Part shown: in pieces, positions 19,912-29,760 of the stretch | Numbering within the stretch: position 1 is the first letter of the stretch | Layout of the letters: each line of letters begins with the position of its first letter | Assembly (NCBI GenBank): GCA_021816845.1 | Contig: JAKAWT010000001.1 | Coordinates: 198,087-262,086 of the forward strand | Length of the DNA: 64,000 bases | DNA from: a bacterium | Lineage (GTDB): Bacteria > Patescibacteriota > Dojkabacteria > JAKAPS01 > JAJZLI01 | Direction: 5' to 3' | Translations under genes and position numbers: made by a program | Notes under the pieces: model-generated | What the model was told of the DNA's origin: nothing | What the model saw: only the letters and a program-made list of their open reading frames with translations | Database searches by the model: none

Positions 19912-20391
19912 TTATTTTACCTCTAAATCTTTAATATACCTAAAACTTATTTTTTTAGAAATAGGTCTTGTCTTTACAAAACTAATCTCATCACCAATGT
20001 TTAATACATCATCAACTCCACATGCGACTAAATATATTTTTGTCTTTTTTGTTAATTTCTTATATAAAGGATGTGGAACATATTTTAATACCCTGACCCT
20101 TACACATTTACTTCCATTAACCTGAGGAAGTAACACAGTCCCTCTCAATGGTTTTTTCACCTTGGGTCTAGACCCATTGGATCTAGATACCTTAGTGTTT
20201 GTAACCTTATTGTCAGAACCAATGTTCTTTGAAGATACAATTTTTGGTTGTACTTTTAATCCAACTTTTTTAGATGTTTTTAATGCAGGTTTTTTTGCTA
20301 TAACTTTTTTACTTGATATAGCCTTAGTCCTCTTTAAAGATGTATCTGTTTTTCTAATTTTTGATGTTTTTTTTACTTTCTTATTTTCCAT
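19912..20391 (-). CDS. rpsQ: 30S ribosomal protein S17 with long Lys-rich N-terminal extension
   Basis: Core HPLYKK...IGDEI...TRPISK and position between rpmC and rplN. About 75 extra N-terminal residues. Confidence 0.9.
   Translation of the reverse strand: MENKKVKKTSKIRKTDTSLKRTKAISSKKVIAKKPALKTSKKVGLKVQPKIVSSKNIGSDNKVTNTKVSRSNGSRPKVKKPLRGTVLLPQVNGSKCVRVRVLKYVPHPLYKKLTKKTKIYLVACGVDDVLNIGDEISFVKTRPISKKISFRYIKDLEVK
20161..20220. repeat. Four degenerate 15-bp units inside the rpsQ extension, including the perfect palindrome GGGTCTAGACCC
   Basis: Minus strand ggttctgacaataag/gttacaaacactaag/gtatctagatccaat/gggtctagacccaag, encoding [20 protein letters not shown]. Confidence 0.65.
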
Positions 20392-20668
20392 TTTGTTTCT
20401 CCTTTAAATCTGAGTTACTTGGGTCTAGATTATTTGTACCTTGATTCTCTAACTTTTCTAAATATTTCTTTTCTGTTAATACAGTTTTAAATCTAGCAAT
20501 CTCTTTCTTCATCTTAGTCAGCTCAGAAACATCAATATTTTCACTTGATGACTTATACAATATTTGCATCCTAACATCCATCCTCTTTTTAAGCATTTCA
20601 TCGTTAAGCTTTTTTAATTGCTTATATATTCCGTCTGTACTTATTTTTCTTATTTGTTGTATATCCAT
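20381..20668 (-). CDS. rpmC: 50S ribosomal protein L29 with C-terminal tail
   Basis: KMKKEIARFKTVLTEK and operon position. Confidence 0.9.
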   Translation of the reverse strand: MDIQQIRKISTDGIYKQLKKLNDEMLKKRMDVRMQILYKSSSENIDVSELTKMKKEIARFKTVLTEKKYLEKLENQGTNNLDPSNSDLKEKQNGK

Positions 20669-20680
20669 AATTTTTAGAAA

Positions 20681-21100
20681 TTAAAATTCATCCTCTTTCC
20701 TCACAAATTTCACCTTGCATGGCAATTTATATCCTGCTAGTCTAAATGCTTCTTTTGCAGTATCTTCAGATACTCCAACTATCTCAAAAAGTATTCTTCC
20801 TGCTCTAATTGGTGATGCAAATCCTGATACACTACCTTTTCCCCCTCCCATTTTGACTCCTGCTGCTTTTTCCGTTCTTGGATGATAAGGAAACATCCTT
20901 ACCCATACCTTTCCACTTCTTTTTGTATAATGGGTAATTTTTTTTCTTGCTGCTTCTATTTGTTTTGCAGAAATCAAAGAAGGTTCCATCGCTTTAATAC
21001 CATAATCCCCAAAACTTAGTTTTGTTCCATTTGAAGCTACCATATCAATCTTAGCCCTAAATGTCCTTCTATATTTTTGTCTTCTTGGTTGCATTAACAT
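20681..21100 (-). CDS. rplP: 50S ribosomal protein L16
   Basis: QIEAARK, KVWVRMFP and MGGGKG. Confidence 0.98.
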   Translation of the reverse strand: MLMQPRRQKYRRTFRAKIDMVASNGTKLSFGDYGIKAMEPSLISAKQIEAARKKITHYTKRSGKVWVRMFPYHPRTEKAAGVKMGGGKGSVSGFASPIRAGRILFEIVGVSEDTAKEAFRLAGYKLPCKVKFVRKEDEF

Positions 21101-21106
21101 AATATT

Positions 21107-21754
21107 TTATACTACTTCATCTATATAATTTTTCTCACCTTTATATATCCAGACTTTTACCCCTATAACCCCATAACTATTTGTCTTTATGTAGCTATCT
21201 GCATAATCTATATCAGCTCTTAGTGTATGTAGTGGGACAGATCCAAAATTCCTTTTGTCTGTTCTGTGTATCTCAGATCCTCCAACCCTACCTGAAACCC
21301 AGATTTTAGCACCTTTTGCACCTGCTTCTTTTATCTTTACAATTTCTCTATCCATTAGAAATTTAGGTGAAACTCTTTTTGCAATCCCATCTGTAACATT
21401 TTGAGCTACAAGCATAGCATTCAAATCAGGTTTTTTTATATCATGAACCTCAAGATGTACATTAGAATTGAGCATCTTATCCAATATCTTCTTCAAATCT
21501 TCAAGTCCCTTTCCACCTCTTCCTATTACAACACCTGGTCTTGATACTGAAATATCTATAATAACATTATTCACAGATCTCTTTATAACAATATCTCCTA
21601 CCCCAGCAAGTTTTAAAGTAGTTTTTAAATATTTCCTTACCTTTAAATCCTCATGTAGTTGGTTTTTATATATATCCCCTTCTGCATACCATAAAGATTT
21701 ATAATTTTTATTGATTCCCAGTCTGAATCCTACTGGGTGTATTTTATGTCCCAT
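21107..21754 (-). CDS. rpsC: 30S ribosomal protein S3
   Basis: MGHKIHPVGFRLG, RPGVVIGRGG and VPLHTLRADIDY. Confidence 0.98.
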   Translation of the reverse strand: MGHKIHPVGFRLGINKNYKSLWYAEGDIYKNQLHEDLKVRKYLKTTLKLAGVGDIVIKRSVNNVIIDISVSRPGVVIGRGGKGLEDLKKILDKMLNSNVHLEVHDIKKPDLNAMLVAQNVTDGIAKRVSPKFLMDREIVKIKEAGAKGAKIWVSGRVGGSEIHRTDKRNFGSVPLHTLRADIDYADSYIKTNSYGVIGVKVWIYKGEKNYIDEVV

Positions 21755-21756
21755 AT

Positions 21757-22092
21757 TTAACTACTACCAAGTTTAACTAAAATATTACAAGTACGTTTGT
21801 GTATCATTGCAACGCTACCTTTTGATAGATATCTGTATCTTTTTAATGTCTGTCCCTCATCTATTCTAATTTCTTTTATAGTATAAGGCTTCTCTAAATT
21901 TTTTTTATCTGCATTATTTATAGCTGTTTTTATAACCTTTTTTAATACATCTGCATTCCTATAATTTAAAAATGAAAGAGTTGATACAGCAACATCAGGA
22001 GATAACCCTTTTAGTAATCTAGCCACCCTACGTGTCTTCCCCGCAGATCCCTTTATATTTTTAACACTTGCAATAACTTCTTTACTATCCAT
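21757..22092 (-). CDS. rplV: 50S ribosomal protein L22
   Basis: KTRRVARLLKG and DEGQTLKR; operon position. Confidence 0.95.
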   Translation of the reverse strand: MDSKEVIASVKNIKGSAGKTRRVARLLKGLSPDVAVSTLSFLNYRNADVLKKVIKTAINNADKKNLEKPYTIKEIRIDEGQTLKRYRYLSKGSVAMIHKRTCNILVKLGSS

Positions 22093-22103
22093 AGTATTTA
22101 TAA

Positions 22104-22409
22104 TTAACTTTCAACTCTCCCTATACTCCCTTGATTTTGAGCGATTTTACCCTTCCTGCTATGTCCTCTAAATAATCTTGTTAGAGCAAATTCCCCAAGT
22201 TTATGTCCTACCATTGCCTCATTAATCAAAACAGGAATATGATGTTTCCCATTATGTACTGCAATTGTAAGTCCAACCATCTCAGGAGATATTGATGAAC
22301 GACGAGCCCATGTTTTGATAGGCTTTCTATCTCCAGAAGTCTTTTGTAATATAACCTTTTTTAATAATTTTTCATCCACATAAGGACCTTTTTTACTTGA
22401 TCTTGACAT
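22104..22409 (-). CDS. rpsS: 30S ribosomal protein S19
   Basis: [12 protein letters not shown] and MVGHKLGEF. Confidence 0.98.
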   Translation of the reverse strand: MSRSSKKGPYVDEKLLKKVILQKTSGDRKPIKTWARRSSISPEMVGLTIAVHNGKHHIPVLINEAMVGHKLGEFALTRLFRGHSRKGKIAQNQGSIGRVES

Positions 22410-22410
22410 A

Positions 22411-23268
22411 TTATTTTTTTACTCTTTGTCCTGTTCTTTTAATTAATATATATTTATCAGTCAATTTATTTTTCCTTGTTTTGGTTCCACGCCTATGGCC
22501 CCAGATATCCTTTGATATACCACCAACTTGACCTTTACCTTCTCCTCCTCCATGAGGGTGCTGTTTAGCATGCATTGCCATACCCCTAACTGAAGGCCTA
22601 ATTCCTAAATACCTAGTTCTACCAGCTTTCCCAAGTTTCTGATTTGCATGATCTGTATTACCGACTCTTCCTATTGTTGCAAAATTATCTGAATTTATAT
22701 ACCTTACTTCACCTGAAGGAAGTTTTAAAAGAGCAAGATTATTTTCCTCTATAGATTGTAATTTTGCAAATACACCAGCAGATCTTACCAAAATACCTCC
22801 ATGACCTGAAGTTATTTCTATGTTATATATCTCAGACCCTATTGGAATCTTTTTTATTGGCAACGCATTACCTACCCTAACTTCAGCATTCTCTCCTGAT
22901 TCAACCCTATCTCCAAGAGATAATCCTACAGGTGCAATTATATACCTTTTATCACCGTCTGTATAGTGTAAAAGTGCAATTCTAGCAGTTCTTATGGGAT
23001 CATATTCTATGGATTTCACATAAGCAGGAATTCCATATTTATCTCTTCTTGTATCTATAATTCTATATCTTTGTTTAACTCCACCTCCTTGATGACGTAC
23101 TGTAATAACACCTCTAGAATTCCTACCTGCCTTACTTTTATATTTTACAAGTAGCGATTTTAGTGGCTTATTTTTCCTCAATCCATCTTTTGAAACTAAT
23201 ACGGTATGCCTTAAAGATGCAGTTACTGGATTATATGTTTTTAAATTTTTATTCTTATTTTTCTTCAT
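22411..23268 (-). CDS. rplB: 50S ribosomal protein L2
   Basis: [29 protein letters not shown] and HPHGGGEG. Confidence 0.98.
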   Translation of the reverse strand: MKKNKNKNLKTYNPVTASLRHTVLVSKDGLRKNKPLKSLLVKYKSKAGRNSRGVITVRHQGGGVKQRYRIIDTRRDKYGIPAYVKSIEYDPIRTARIALLHYTDGDKRYIIAPVGLSLGDRVESGENAEVRVGNALPIKKIPIGSEIYNIEITSGHGGILVRSAGVFAKLQSIEENNLALLKLPSGEVRYINSDNFATIGRVGNTDHANQKLGKAGRTRYLGIRPSVRGMAMHAKQHPHGGGEGKGQVGGISKDIWGHRRGTKTRKNKLTDKYILIKRTGQRVKK

Positions 23269-23825
23269 CTTGAAGCTCCTTTTCTTTCATTTATATTTGT
23301 ATCTGTTTTTTTATCTATACTCCTTCTTCTTAAAAGTGTTCTTGCAATGCCTAATGGATTTGAATCTTTTGACTTTGTACCTATTTCCTTAGTTTTTACT
23401 TTTTGAGTTTGGGCTCCTTGAGCATTGACTCCTTGTGATTTTAACACATTTTTCCCCTTTGTAGCCTTATTGTTTATTTCAGTCTTTGACTTAGATTTCT
23501 TTTTCTTTTCTTCTTCTTTATCCTCTCCAAGTAAGTTAATGCTAAACCCTGGTTTCAATTTTACATATGCTTTTTTTATATCTGCCTTTTTATTCTTGAC
23601 AATATATCTCTTTTTATTTATATCTCTGATTTTCTTACCTTTTTCTCTAAGTAGCCTAATTTCAGCAACTTCTACAGAAAAAGCCTTTTCAACTGCAGCC
23701 TTAACACCTTTTTTATCTGCAAGCATTGAAATCTTAAATCCATACCAACCACCAGAAGAACTTGTAGACATTCTTAATATCTTCTCTGAAATTATAGGTT
23801 GTTTCAATACATCAGCTATTTTCAT
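23265..23825 (-). CDS. rplW: 50S ribosomal protein L23 with long basic C-terminal extension
   Basis: PIISEK and KKAYVKL core followed by about 85 extra residues. Confidence 0.93.
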   Translation of the reverse strand: MKIADVLKQPIISEKILRMSTSSSGGWYGFKISMLADKKGVKAAVEKAFSVEVAEIRLLREKGKKIRDINKKRYIVKNKKADIKKAYVKLKPGFSINLLGEDKEEEKKKKSKSKTEINNKATKGKNVLKSQGVNAQGAQTQKVKTKEIGTKSKDSNPLGIARTLLRRRSIDKKTDTNINERKGASR

Positions 23826-24722
23826 TTATTTTAACTTTTTAGAATTAGTCTCTGTAGTACTAGATCTATTGGTTCTAACAGACTTTACTACTTTGTTTTT
23901 TTTCACTATAGTTTTTTTCAAAACAGGTTTCTTAGTTATTAATTCGTTAACTACTGATTTTTTAACCATGGATTTCTTAACTGCTGTTTTCTTCACCTTT
24001 GATTCTATAGATTTAGATGCTTCTATATCTATAGATTTTGTATTTTTTTGTTTTAAACCTTTATTTTCTAACTTTGATTCTGTAATTTTTGTTTTTAATG
24101 AATATCCAGGAATGTTATTAATTGAATCCTGCAGAAATAAAAGTCTCCTTGAATTTTCAACATCATAAGCATTAAGAAAATCAGCTTTCAAAACTTTTAT
24201 TTTTTGTATATTTGAAAAAGCTCCCTTTATATTTGAAGAATCAATATTTGCTACAATTAAAGTCTTTGTACCTTTGATATTTAACTTTTCTAGTATTGAA
24301 ACTGCTTGCATAGTAAGTGGTTTTTTTGAGAATTTTATCTGATCTAGCACCATTACTGATCCTTCTGATGCCTTTAGGCTTAATGATGAATACAGGGCTA
24401 TCCTTCTCATTTTTCTTGGCATCGATAGTTTGAAGAATTTTGGCTTTGGACCATGAGAAACTCCTCCAGATCTTTGTATATTAGACTTCTTAGCTCCCGC
24501 TCTAGCCCTCCCAATTTTGTTATTAGCCCATAATTTCTTTGTTGTTCCAGCTATCTCTGATCTACCTTTTGTAGACCTAGTTCCTTGTCTAGTATTTTGA
24601 AGATGTATATATATATATTGATCTATTAGATACCTATTTATAGGCGCATTAAAAACATTATCATTCAATTCTATCTTTTTAGTATTTTTTTCTCCATTCT
24701 GAGAATATACATCTATCTTCAT
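23826..24722 (-). CDS. rplD: 50S ribosomal protein L4 with Lys-rich C-terminal extension
   Basis: RQGTRSTKGRSEI, GRARAG and GGVSHGPKP. About 90 extra residues with KKxxV repeats. Confidence 0.96.
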   Translation of the reverse strand: MKIDVYSQNGEKNTKKIELNDNVFNAPINRYLIDQYIYIHLQNTRQGTRSTKGRSEIAGTTKKLWANNKIGRARAGAKKSNIQRSGGVSHGPKPKFFKLSMPRKMRRIALYSSLSLKASEGSVMVLDQIKFSKKPLTMQAVSILEKLNIKGTKTLIVANIDSSNIKGAFSNIQKIKVLKADFLNAYDVENSRRLLFLQDSINNIPGYSLKTKITESKLENKGLKQKNTKSIDIEASKSIESKVKKTAVKKSMVKKSVVNELITKKPVLKKTIVKKNKVVKSVRTNRSSTTETNSKKLK

Positions 24723-25342
24723 TATGTAGCCTTTATAACAATTAAATTATTCTTAGCTCCAGGCACTGCCCCTTTAAGAACTATTATGTCATCCTTTATA
24801 TCAATAATTTCTAATCCTTTAACAGTAACTTTTTCCTGGCCCATACGTCCCCCCATTTTTTTCCCTTTCTTAACATTACCTGGAGTAGTACCCGACCCTA
24901 TGGACCCTGGATGCCTCTCTTTGTCAGACTGTCCATGAGTTTTGGGTCCTCCATGGAATCCCCATCTCTTAACAACACCAGCAAATCCTTTTCCTTTAGT
25001 AGTTCCATATACTTCTACTTTTTCCCCAACATTAAAAATAGAACTTAGCACCTTATCCCCATACTTTACATCATCTATATTTCCAACTTCCTTTATATAT
25101 TTTGGGACTTTTAAACCAAGTTTCTTTGAGCCTTTCAAATTTTTAAACTTACCTATCTCCGGCTTTTTGGGATTTTTTTTATCTAGCAATCCCAATATGA
25201 CAGAATCATATCCATCTTTGTCATTTTTTTTAAAACCACAAACAAAACATTTTGATGTGTCAATAAGGGTAACAGGATAAACTGTACCGTTTTCCCCGAA
25301 TGTTTGAGTCATATCTTTTTTAATACCCAATATAGTTCTCAT
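24722..25342 (-). CDS. rplC: 50S ribosomal protein L3
   Basis: KGKGFAGVVKRWGF, THGQSD and PGSIG. ATG 25342 preferred over TTG 25348. Confidence 0.97.
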   Translation of the reverse strand: MRTILGIKKDMTQTFGENGTVYPVTLIDTSKCFVCGFKKNDKDGYDSVILGLLDKKNPKKPEIGKFKNLKGSKKLGLKVPKYIKEVGNIDDVKYGDKVLSSIFNVGEKVEVYGTTKGKGFAGVVKRWGFHGGPKTHGQSDKERHPGSIGSGTTPGNVKKGKKMGGRMGQEKVTVKGLEIIDIKDDIIVLKGAVPGAKNNLIVIKAT

Positions 25343-25346
25343 AATC

Positions 25347-25375
25347 AAAAAAAATAGAAAGTCTCGGCTTTCTAT
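25347..25375 (-). terminator. Intrinsic terminator-like hairpin between rpsJ and rplC
   Basis: Minus strand ATAGAAAG-CCGAGA-CTTTCTAT followed by T7. Confidence 0.6.
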
Positions 25376-25390
25376 ATAAACTTAAATATC

Positions 25391-25696
25391 TTACTTTATT
25401 TCAATACCAACACCTACAGGTAACTGTAGGTGGGTAAGTATATCAATAGTCTTCCCAGTTGGCTGTAATATATCGATTAATCTCTTATGAATCCTCATTT
25501 CAAAACTTTCCATAGACCTCTTGTCAACATGAGGAGATGTGTTTACTGTATACTTTTTTATTTTTGTAGGTAGAGGAATAGGACCTGAAGCTTTAGCTCC
25601 AGAAGATACTGCTGCATCAATGATTTTTTGAGCAGATTTGTCTAAAATCTGGACATCAAAACCCTTCAATTTTACTCGTATCTTGTTATTATCCAT
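25391..25696 (-). CDS. rpsJ: 30S ribosomal protein S10
   Basis: GPIPLPT, SPHVDK and HKRLIDI. Confidence 0.98.
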   Translation of the reverse strand: MDNNKIRVKLKGFDVQILDKSAQKIIDAAVSSGAKASGPIPLPTKIKKYTVNTSPHVDKRSMESFEMRIHKRLIDILQPTGKTIDILTHLQLPVGVGIEIK

Positions 25697-25717
25697 ACTA
25701 AAAAGAGCAAATAAAAT

Positions 25718-26920
25718 TTATTTTACAACCTTTGTTATAATTCCTGCTCCAACAGTTCTTCCACCTTCTCTTATTGCAAATCTTACACCTTCTTCTATAG
25801 CTACAGGTACTATTAAACGTACAGACATCTTTATGTTATCACCAGGTAAAGCAACTTCAACACCTTCAGGTAACTGAATCTCTCCTGTTACATCAGTAGT
25901 TCTTATATAAAACTGTGGTCTATATCCTGATACGAAAGGAGAATGTCTACCTCCCTCTTCTTTTGTTAATATATAAACCTCTGATTCAAATTCTGTATGA
26001 GGTGTTACTGATCCTGGTTTAGCTATAACTTCACCTCTTTGTATTTCCTCTCTCTTGTATCCACGTAAAAGTAATCCAACATTATCCCCTGCTTGAGCCT
26101 GTTCCAAAGATTTATTGAACATTTCAATACCTGTTACAACAGTATTTCTAACTTTTTCTGTAAGACCAACTATATCAGCTGCATCTCCAGCTTTCAAAAT
26201 ACCTCTCTCAACCCTTCCAGTTGCTACGGTACCTCTTCCTTCAATTAAAAATACATCTTCAACAGGCATTAAAAATGGTTTATCAATTTCTCTTTCTGGT
26301 AAAGGAATGTAGTCATCTACATTGTTCATCAAAGTTAATATAGGTCCACACCACTGACAATCTTCTTTTCCACAACCACATTCTAAAGCTTTCAAAGCGC
26401 TCCCTCTAACAACAGGAGTTTCATCTCCATTAAATTCATATTTTGAAAGTAGTTCTCTAACTTCCATCTCAACAAGATCAATAAGCTCTGGATCATCTAC
26501 CATATCCACCTTATTCAAGAATACTACCATCTTTGGGACTCCAACTTGACGAGCTAAAAGTATATGTTCTCTTGTTTGTGGCATAGGACCATCAGTTGCA
26601 GATACAACTAATATAGCACCATCCATTTGAGCAGCTCCTGTAATCATGTTCTTTACGTAATCAGCATGTCCTGGACAATCAACATGAGCATAGTGAAACT
26701 TGGATGTCTCATATTCTGTATGAGCTGTAGCTATAGTAATACCTCTTGCTCTTGACTCTGGAGCCTTATCTAAAGCATCTACTCCTTTGTTCTGAGCTGC
26801 AAATCCAGCTGCAGCAAGTACTCTAAGTATCGCTGCGGTTAATGTTGTTTTACCATGATCAACGTGACCAATAGTTCCAACGTTTTTATGTGGTTTTGAT
26901 CTATCAAATGCTGCTACCAT
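25718..26920 (-). CDS. tuf: Elongation factor Tu
   Basis: [26 protein letters not shown] and NKVD. Confidence 0.99.
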   Translation of the reverse strand: MVAAFDRSKPHKNVGTIGHVDHGKTTLTAAILRVLAAAGFAAQNKGVDALDKAPESRARGITIATAHTEYETSKFHYAHVDCPGHADYVKNMITGAAQMDGAILVVSATDGPMPQTREHILLARQVGVPKMVVFLNKVDMVDDPELIDLVEMEVRELLSKYEFNGDETPVVRGSALKALECGCGKEDCQWCGPILTLMNNVDDYIPLPEREIDKPFLMPVEDVFLIEGRGTVATGRVERGILKAGDAADIVGLTEKVRNTVVTGIEMFNKSLEQAQAGDNVGLLLRGYKREEIQRGEVIAKPGSVTPHTEFESEVYILTKEEGGRHSPFVSGYRPQFYIRTTDVTGEIQLPEGVEVALPGDNIKMSVRLIVPVAIEEGVRFAIREGGRTVGAGIITKVVK

Positions 26921-26944
26921 AATAATTTTTGACTAAAATAAATA

Positions 26945-26987
26945 AACTCTAAATCCTTGGACCTAAATCCACAGATTTAATCCAAGG
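26945..26987. repeat. Three degenerate palindromic units (14-bp period) in the tuf leader
   Basis: aactctaaatcc-tt-ggacctaaatcc-ac-agatttaatcc. Also forms a ccttgga/tccaagg inverted repeat. Confidence 0.55.
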
Positions 26988-27036
26988 CAATTATACATAC
27001 AAAATATGCATATTGCAACTACTTTAAGATGCTATA

Positions 27037-27065
27037 AATATATCATATCACTAAAAATTTGTAAA
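27037..27065 (-). promoter_or_regulatory. Sigma70-type promoter for the tuf-S10 operon
   Basis: Minus strand TTTACA-N17-TATATT with TG extension. Confidence 0.5.
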
Positions 27066-27154
27066 ATTGTATTTATATTGTTATTACAATATATCTAGAC
27101 AATTATGATATGAGTTAGGACAAATAATAATTAAAGTTACATTAAATGCATAGT

Positions 27155-27718
27155 CTAAAGCAATTTACGGGCTATTAAATCTTTCTTTAATTTTTTATAT
27201 TCTGGAATCTTGAGGCTAACAAGATCCCAAAATTTATCCTGATGATTCATTTCTTTAATGTGACAAAGTTCGTGAACTATAATATAATCTGATAAAGACT
27301 GAGGTAAAAGAACTATCTTCCAATTAAAATTTAAATTACCCAACGTTGAACAACTACCCCACCTAGACTCTTGATTTTTAATCCTGATATTTTTAAATTT
27401 GAAATTGTAAAAACTATTAAAGTATTTGATCCTAGTAGTTACAAGATTTAGAGCTTCTTTTTTGTAATTTATAATATTATCATCTAAATGCACCCCATCT
27501 TTTGTAAATTCTGTCTTTATATAATTCTTTTTTGTTTTTACAATCCATTTATATTTCTTTCTTAGAAATTCCTCTTCCATGCCTTCCTTGATAAAATATG
27601 GAATTGTAACAAAAACAATCCCTCCTTTCTTTATATAAACAATGATTCTTTTTGCTCTCTTACTTTTTTTAAGAAAATAATTAATTGTTGTTCCTTCAAC
27701 TGTAATATGTTTTTCCAT
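27155..27718 (-). CDS. YgjP/DUF45 (M48/SprT-like) zinc metalloprotein
   Basis: SRWGSCS, LNFNW and YIIVHELCHIKEMNH. Confidence 0.9.
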   Translation of the reverse strand: MEKHITVEGTTINYFLKKSKRAKRIIVYIKKGGIVFVTIPYFIKEGMEEEFLRKKYKWIVKTKKNYIKTEFTKDGVHLDDNIINYKKEALNLVTTRIKYFNSFYNFKFKNIRIKNQESRWGSCSTLGNLNFNWKIVLLPQSLSDYIIVHELCHIKEMNHQDKFWDLVSLKIPEYKKLKKDLIARKLL

Positions 27719-27794
27719 AAATTATATATTAACAAAAAATTACTTATAATTAATATATTTTGAAAATACAATGATTTTTTGGTAGTATTACATT

Positions 27795-28475
27795 ATGAGT
27801 AGAAAAAATTTAGGTTTTGAAAAATTAAAAAAGGATTTAACACCAAAAGAAATTTTCAAAAATGAACCTGAAACTATCTTCAAACTAAATAATCCAATAT
27901 TGTATTTTTTTATCTTAGGTATAATAGTTTTCTTTATATCCCTAAATACTAGTATAAACAAAAGTTTATTCTTTTTTATATTTAATATATCAACCAAACA
28001 TTATCTCTTTCTAAATCCTATCATGGAATTTTCTGCATTTTTACTTTTTGCAGTTATCTGCATAATTGCATTTTTCTGGACATTATTAAATGAAAAAAAG
28101 AAAATGTATACTATTGGTTTTTCATTCCTTTTTATAGGAATATTAGCTTTTATAATATCAAGGATAGTTATGCATTTTTATTTTGACATCAGACCTTATA
28201 TGGAATACGGATTAAAACCTTTAGTCCCAGTATCCTCTGGAAATGGATTCCCTTCAGACCATGCACTTTTAACATCTGCAGTGACTGCCACAATGTATCT
28301 ATATAGCAGAAAGGCTGGACTAATATTACTTATACTAACTATTTTAGTATGTATTGCAAGAATATTTGTCGCAGCACACCACCCTCTAGACGTTGCGGCA
28401 AGTATATTCATTGTCTTTATAGCAACATCAATCTATCTACTATTTTACAACAAAATAGGAAAGAAGTTACTCTAA
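27795..28475 (+). CDS. PAP2-family membrane phosphatase (BcrC-like undecaprenyl-pyrophosphate phosphatase)
   Basis: RPY, GFPSDHA and ARIFVAAHHPLD motifs; multiple TMs. Confidence 0.88.
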   Translation: MSRKNLGFEKLKKDLTPKEIFKNEPETIFKLNNPILYFFILGIIVFFISLNTSINKSLFFFIFNISTKHYLFLNPIMEFSAFLLFAVICIIAFFWTLLNEKKKMYTIGFSFLFIGILAFIISRIVMHFYFDIRPYMEYGLKPLVPVSSGNGFPSDHALLTSAVTATMYLYSRKAGLILLILTILVCIARIFVAAHHPLDVAASIFIVFIATSIYLLFYNKIGKKLL

Positions 28476-28857
28476 ACACTAGACTTTTAAAAAGATATTA
28501 TCTCTACAAAGTGATGTCAGGAGGACCTATCAATACTTTAAGTGTCGCCTGTTAATAATCTATTCCTAACATTTTCAAACATCATGATATTCCAATTTAT
28601 ACTAATTAAAAGGTTAAATTTCAAAGCCATACGGCCTTATCTTAAATCATCATTTCATTGCTTAAATATTATCTCTTTATTTTTCAAGTACTGTATCCAG
28701 AGATGAAGTAAAAACTCTCTGCGCTAAAACTCATTATACAGATTTTTATAAAGAGTTATGACAATTTTTCTGATATCAACCTTTGTAAAGATATAATTTA
28801 TATAGCTTAAACTATCTATACCTATTAAATATAGAAAATATTTACTGGATCTTTATT

Positions 28858-28946
28858 CGGAGAGGGTAAGATTCGAACTCACGATTCTATTTTTGTAGAA
28901 TGCTGTTTTTCGAGAACAGCCTGATAAACCACTCCAGCACCTCTCC
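28858..28946 (-). tRNA. tRNA-Ser(CGA)
   Basis: GGAGAGG acceptor stem, anticodon arm CTGTT-CTCGAAA-AACAG, long variable arm and GTTCGAATC. CCA not encoded. Confidence 0.95.
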
Positions 28947-28959
28947 ATATACTAATTAT

Positions 28960-29033
28960 CGCTTCTGGTAGGATTCGAACCTGCAATCTCTAGATCCGCA
29001 ATCTAGGGCTTTATCCGATTAAGCTACAGAAGC
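28960..29033 (-). tRNA. tRNA-Arg(GCG)
   Basis: GCTTCTG/CAGAAGC acceptor stem, anticodon arm CTAGA-TTGCGGA-TCTAG and GGTTCGAATCC. CCA not encoded. Confidence 0.95.
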
Positions 29034-29038
29034 ATTTT

Positions 29039-29078
29039 GAATTCAGACTCCTGAACATAAATCTTGAAATCTATATTT
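29039..29078. repeat. Three degenerate palindromic units (14-bp period) upstream of tRNA-Arg
   Basis: gaattcagactc-ct-gaacataaatct-tg-aaatctatattt. The reverse complement of 29035-29048 matches 48872-48885 at 13/14. Confidence 0.5.
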
Positions 29079-29082
29079 TGTA

Positions 29083-29664
29083 CTATTGAATAGGTATATA
29101 TGTACCATCAATCATTTTTGAAAACCTAGATTGTCTATTTTTAAATTCCTTATATGGTAGATATTCTGATAATATAGTTTTTATTTTATCCTGTGATTCC
29201 TCATCCACAATAAGAACTAACCTTGCAGGAATCTTATAATTAGTATCAATATTTAATATAGATTGATCTCCTCTTTTTGAGAACCAAAAATTTACTAAAT
29301 CTTTATAAGGATAATCTTTATCAAACCACATAATTTCTTTATTGGTAATAGTATGCTCAATAATATTTGGAGGAACTCTAACCATCACGTACATAACAAA
29401 CCCTAAAGCTACAACTACTACAATAGTAAGATATTCTTTTATAAATAAAAGCAATACTATAATAACAAGTAACCACAAAAAAACAGTATATAATTTTTGT
29501 TTATCCCAATTAACATATACTCTAGCTGGTGATTTCCATGTATACAATACTTCTCTTGGCTTTTTATCAAAATCTTTTTTATCTTTCTCCTCATTTATGT
29601 CATCCTTCAAAGATTGTAATTGCTTCTCTAGAACTTGAATTTTTTCTGCCTTTTTATCCTCCAT
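29083..29664 (-). CDS. Conserved hypothetical membrane protein (2 TM plus PH-like C-domain)
   Basis: LYTWKSPAR, two TMs, then YPYKDLVNFW...ILSEYLPY. Resembles a common CPR family. Confidence 0.7.
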   Translation of the reverse strand: MEDKKAEKIQVLEKQLQSLKDDINEEKDKKDFDKKPREVLYTWKSPARVYVNWDKQKLYTVFLWLLVIIVLLLFIKEYLTIVVVVALGFVMYVMVRVPPNIIEHTITNKEIMWFDKDYPYKDLVNFWFSKRGDQSILNIDTNYKIPARLVLIVDEESQDKIKTILSEYLPYKEFKNRQSRFSKMIDGTYIPIQ

Positions 29665-29760
29665 TAAATTAATATTACTATTTATTAGTATCTAATTCAA
29701 TCTAGCAACATTTTACTGGTATATTTTGCACTATTTGTAATTTAGTTCTAATATAAAAAT

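Noticed and set aside
23425-24168. 247-aa Phe-rich plus-strand ORF
   Set aside because: Mirror of the Lys (AAA) codons in rplW/rplD tails, not a membrane protein.
14915-26920. Alternative genetic code 25 (TGA=Gly)
   Set aside because: Conserved genes translate full length under code 11, and several end in TGA at the expected position (for example rplO and rplN).
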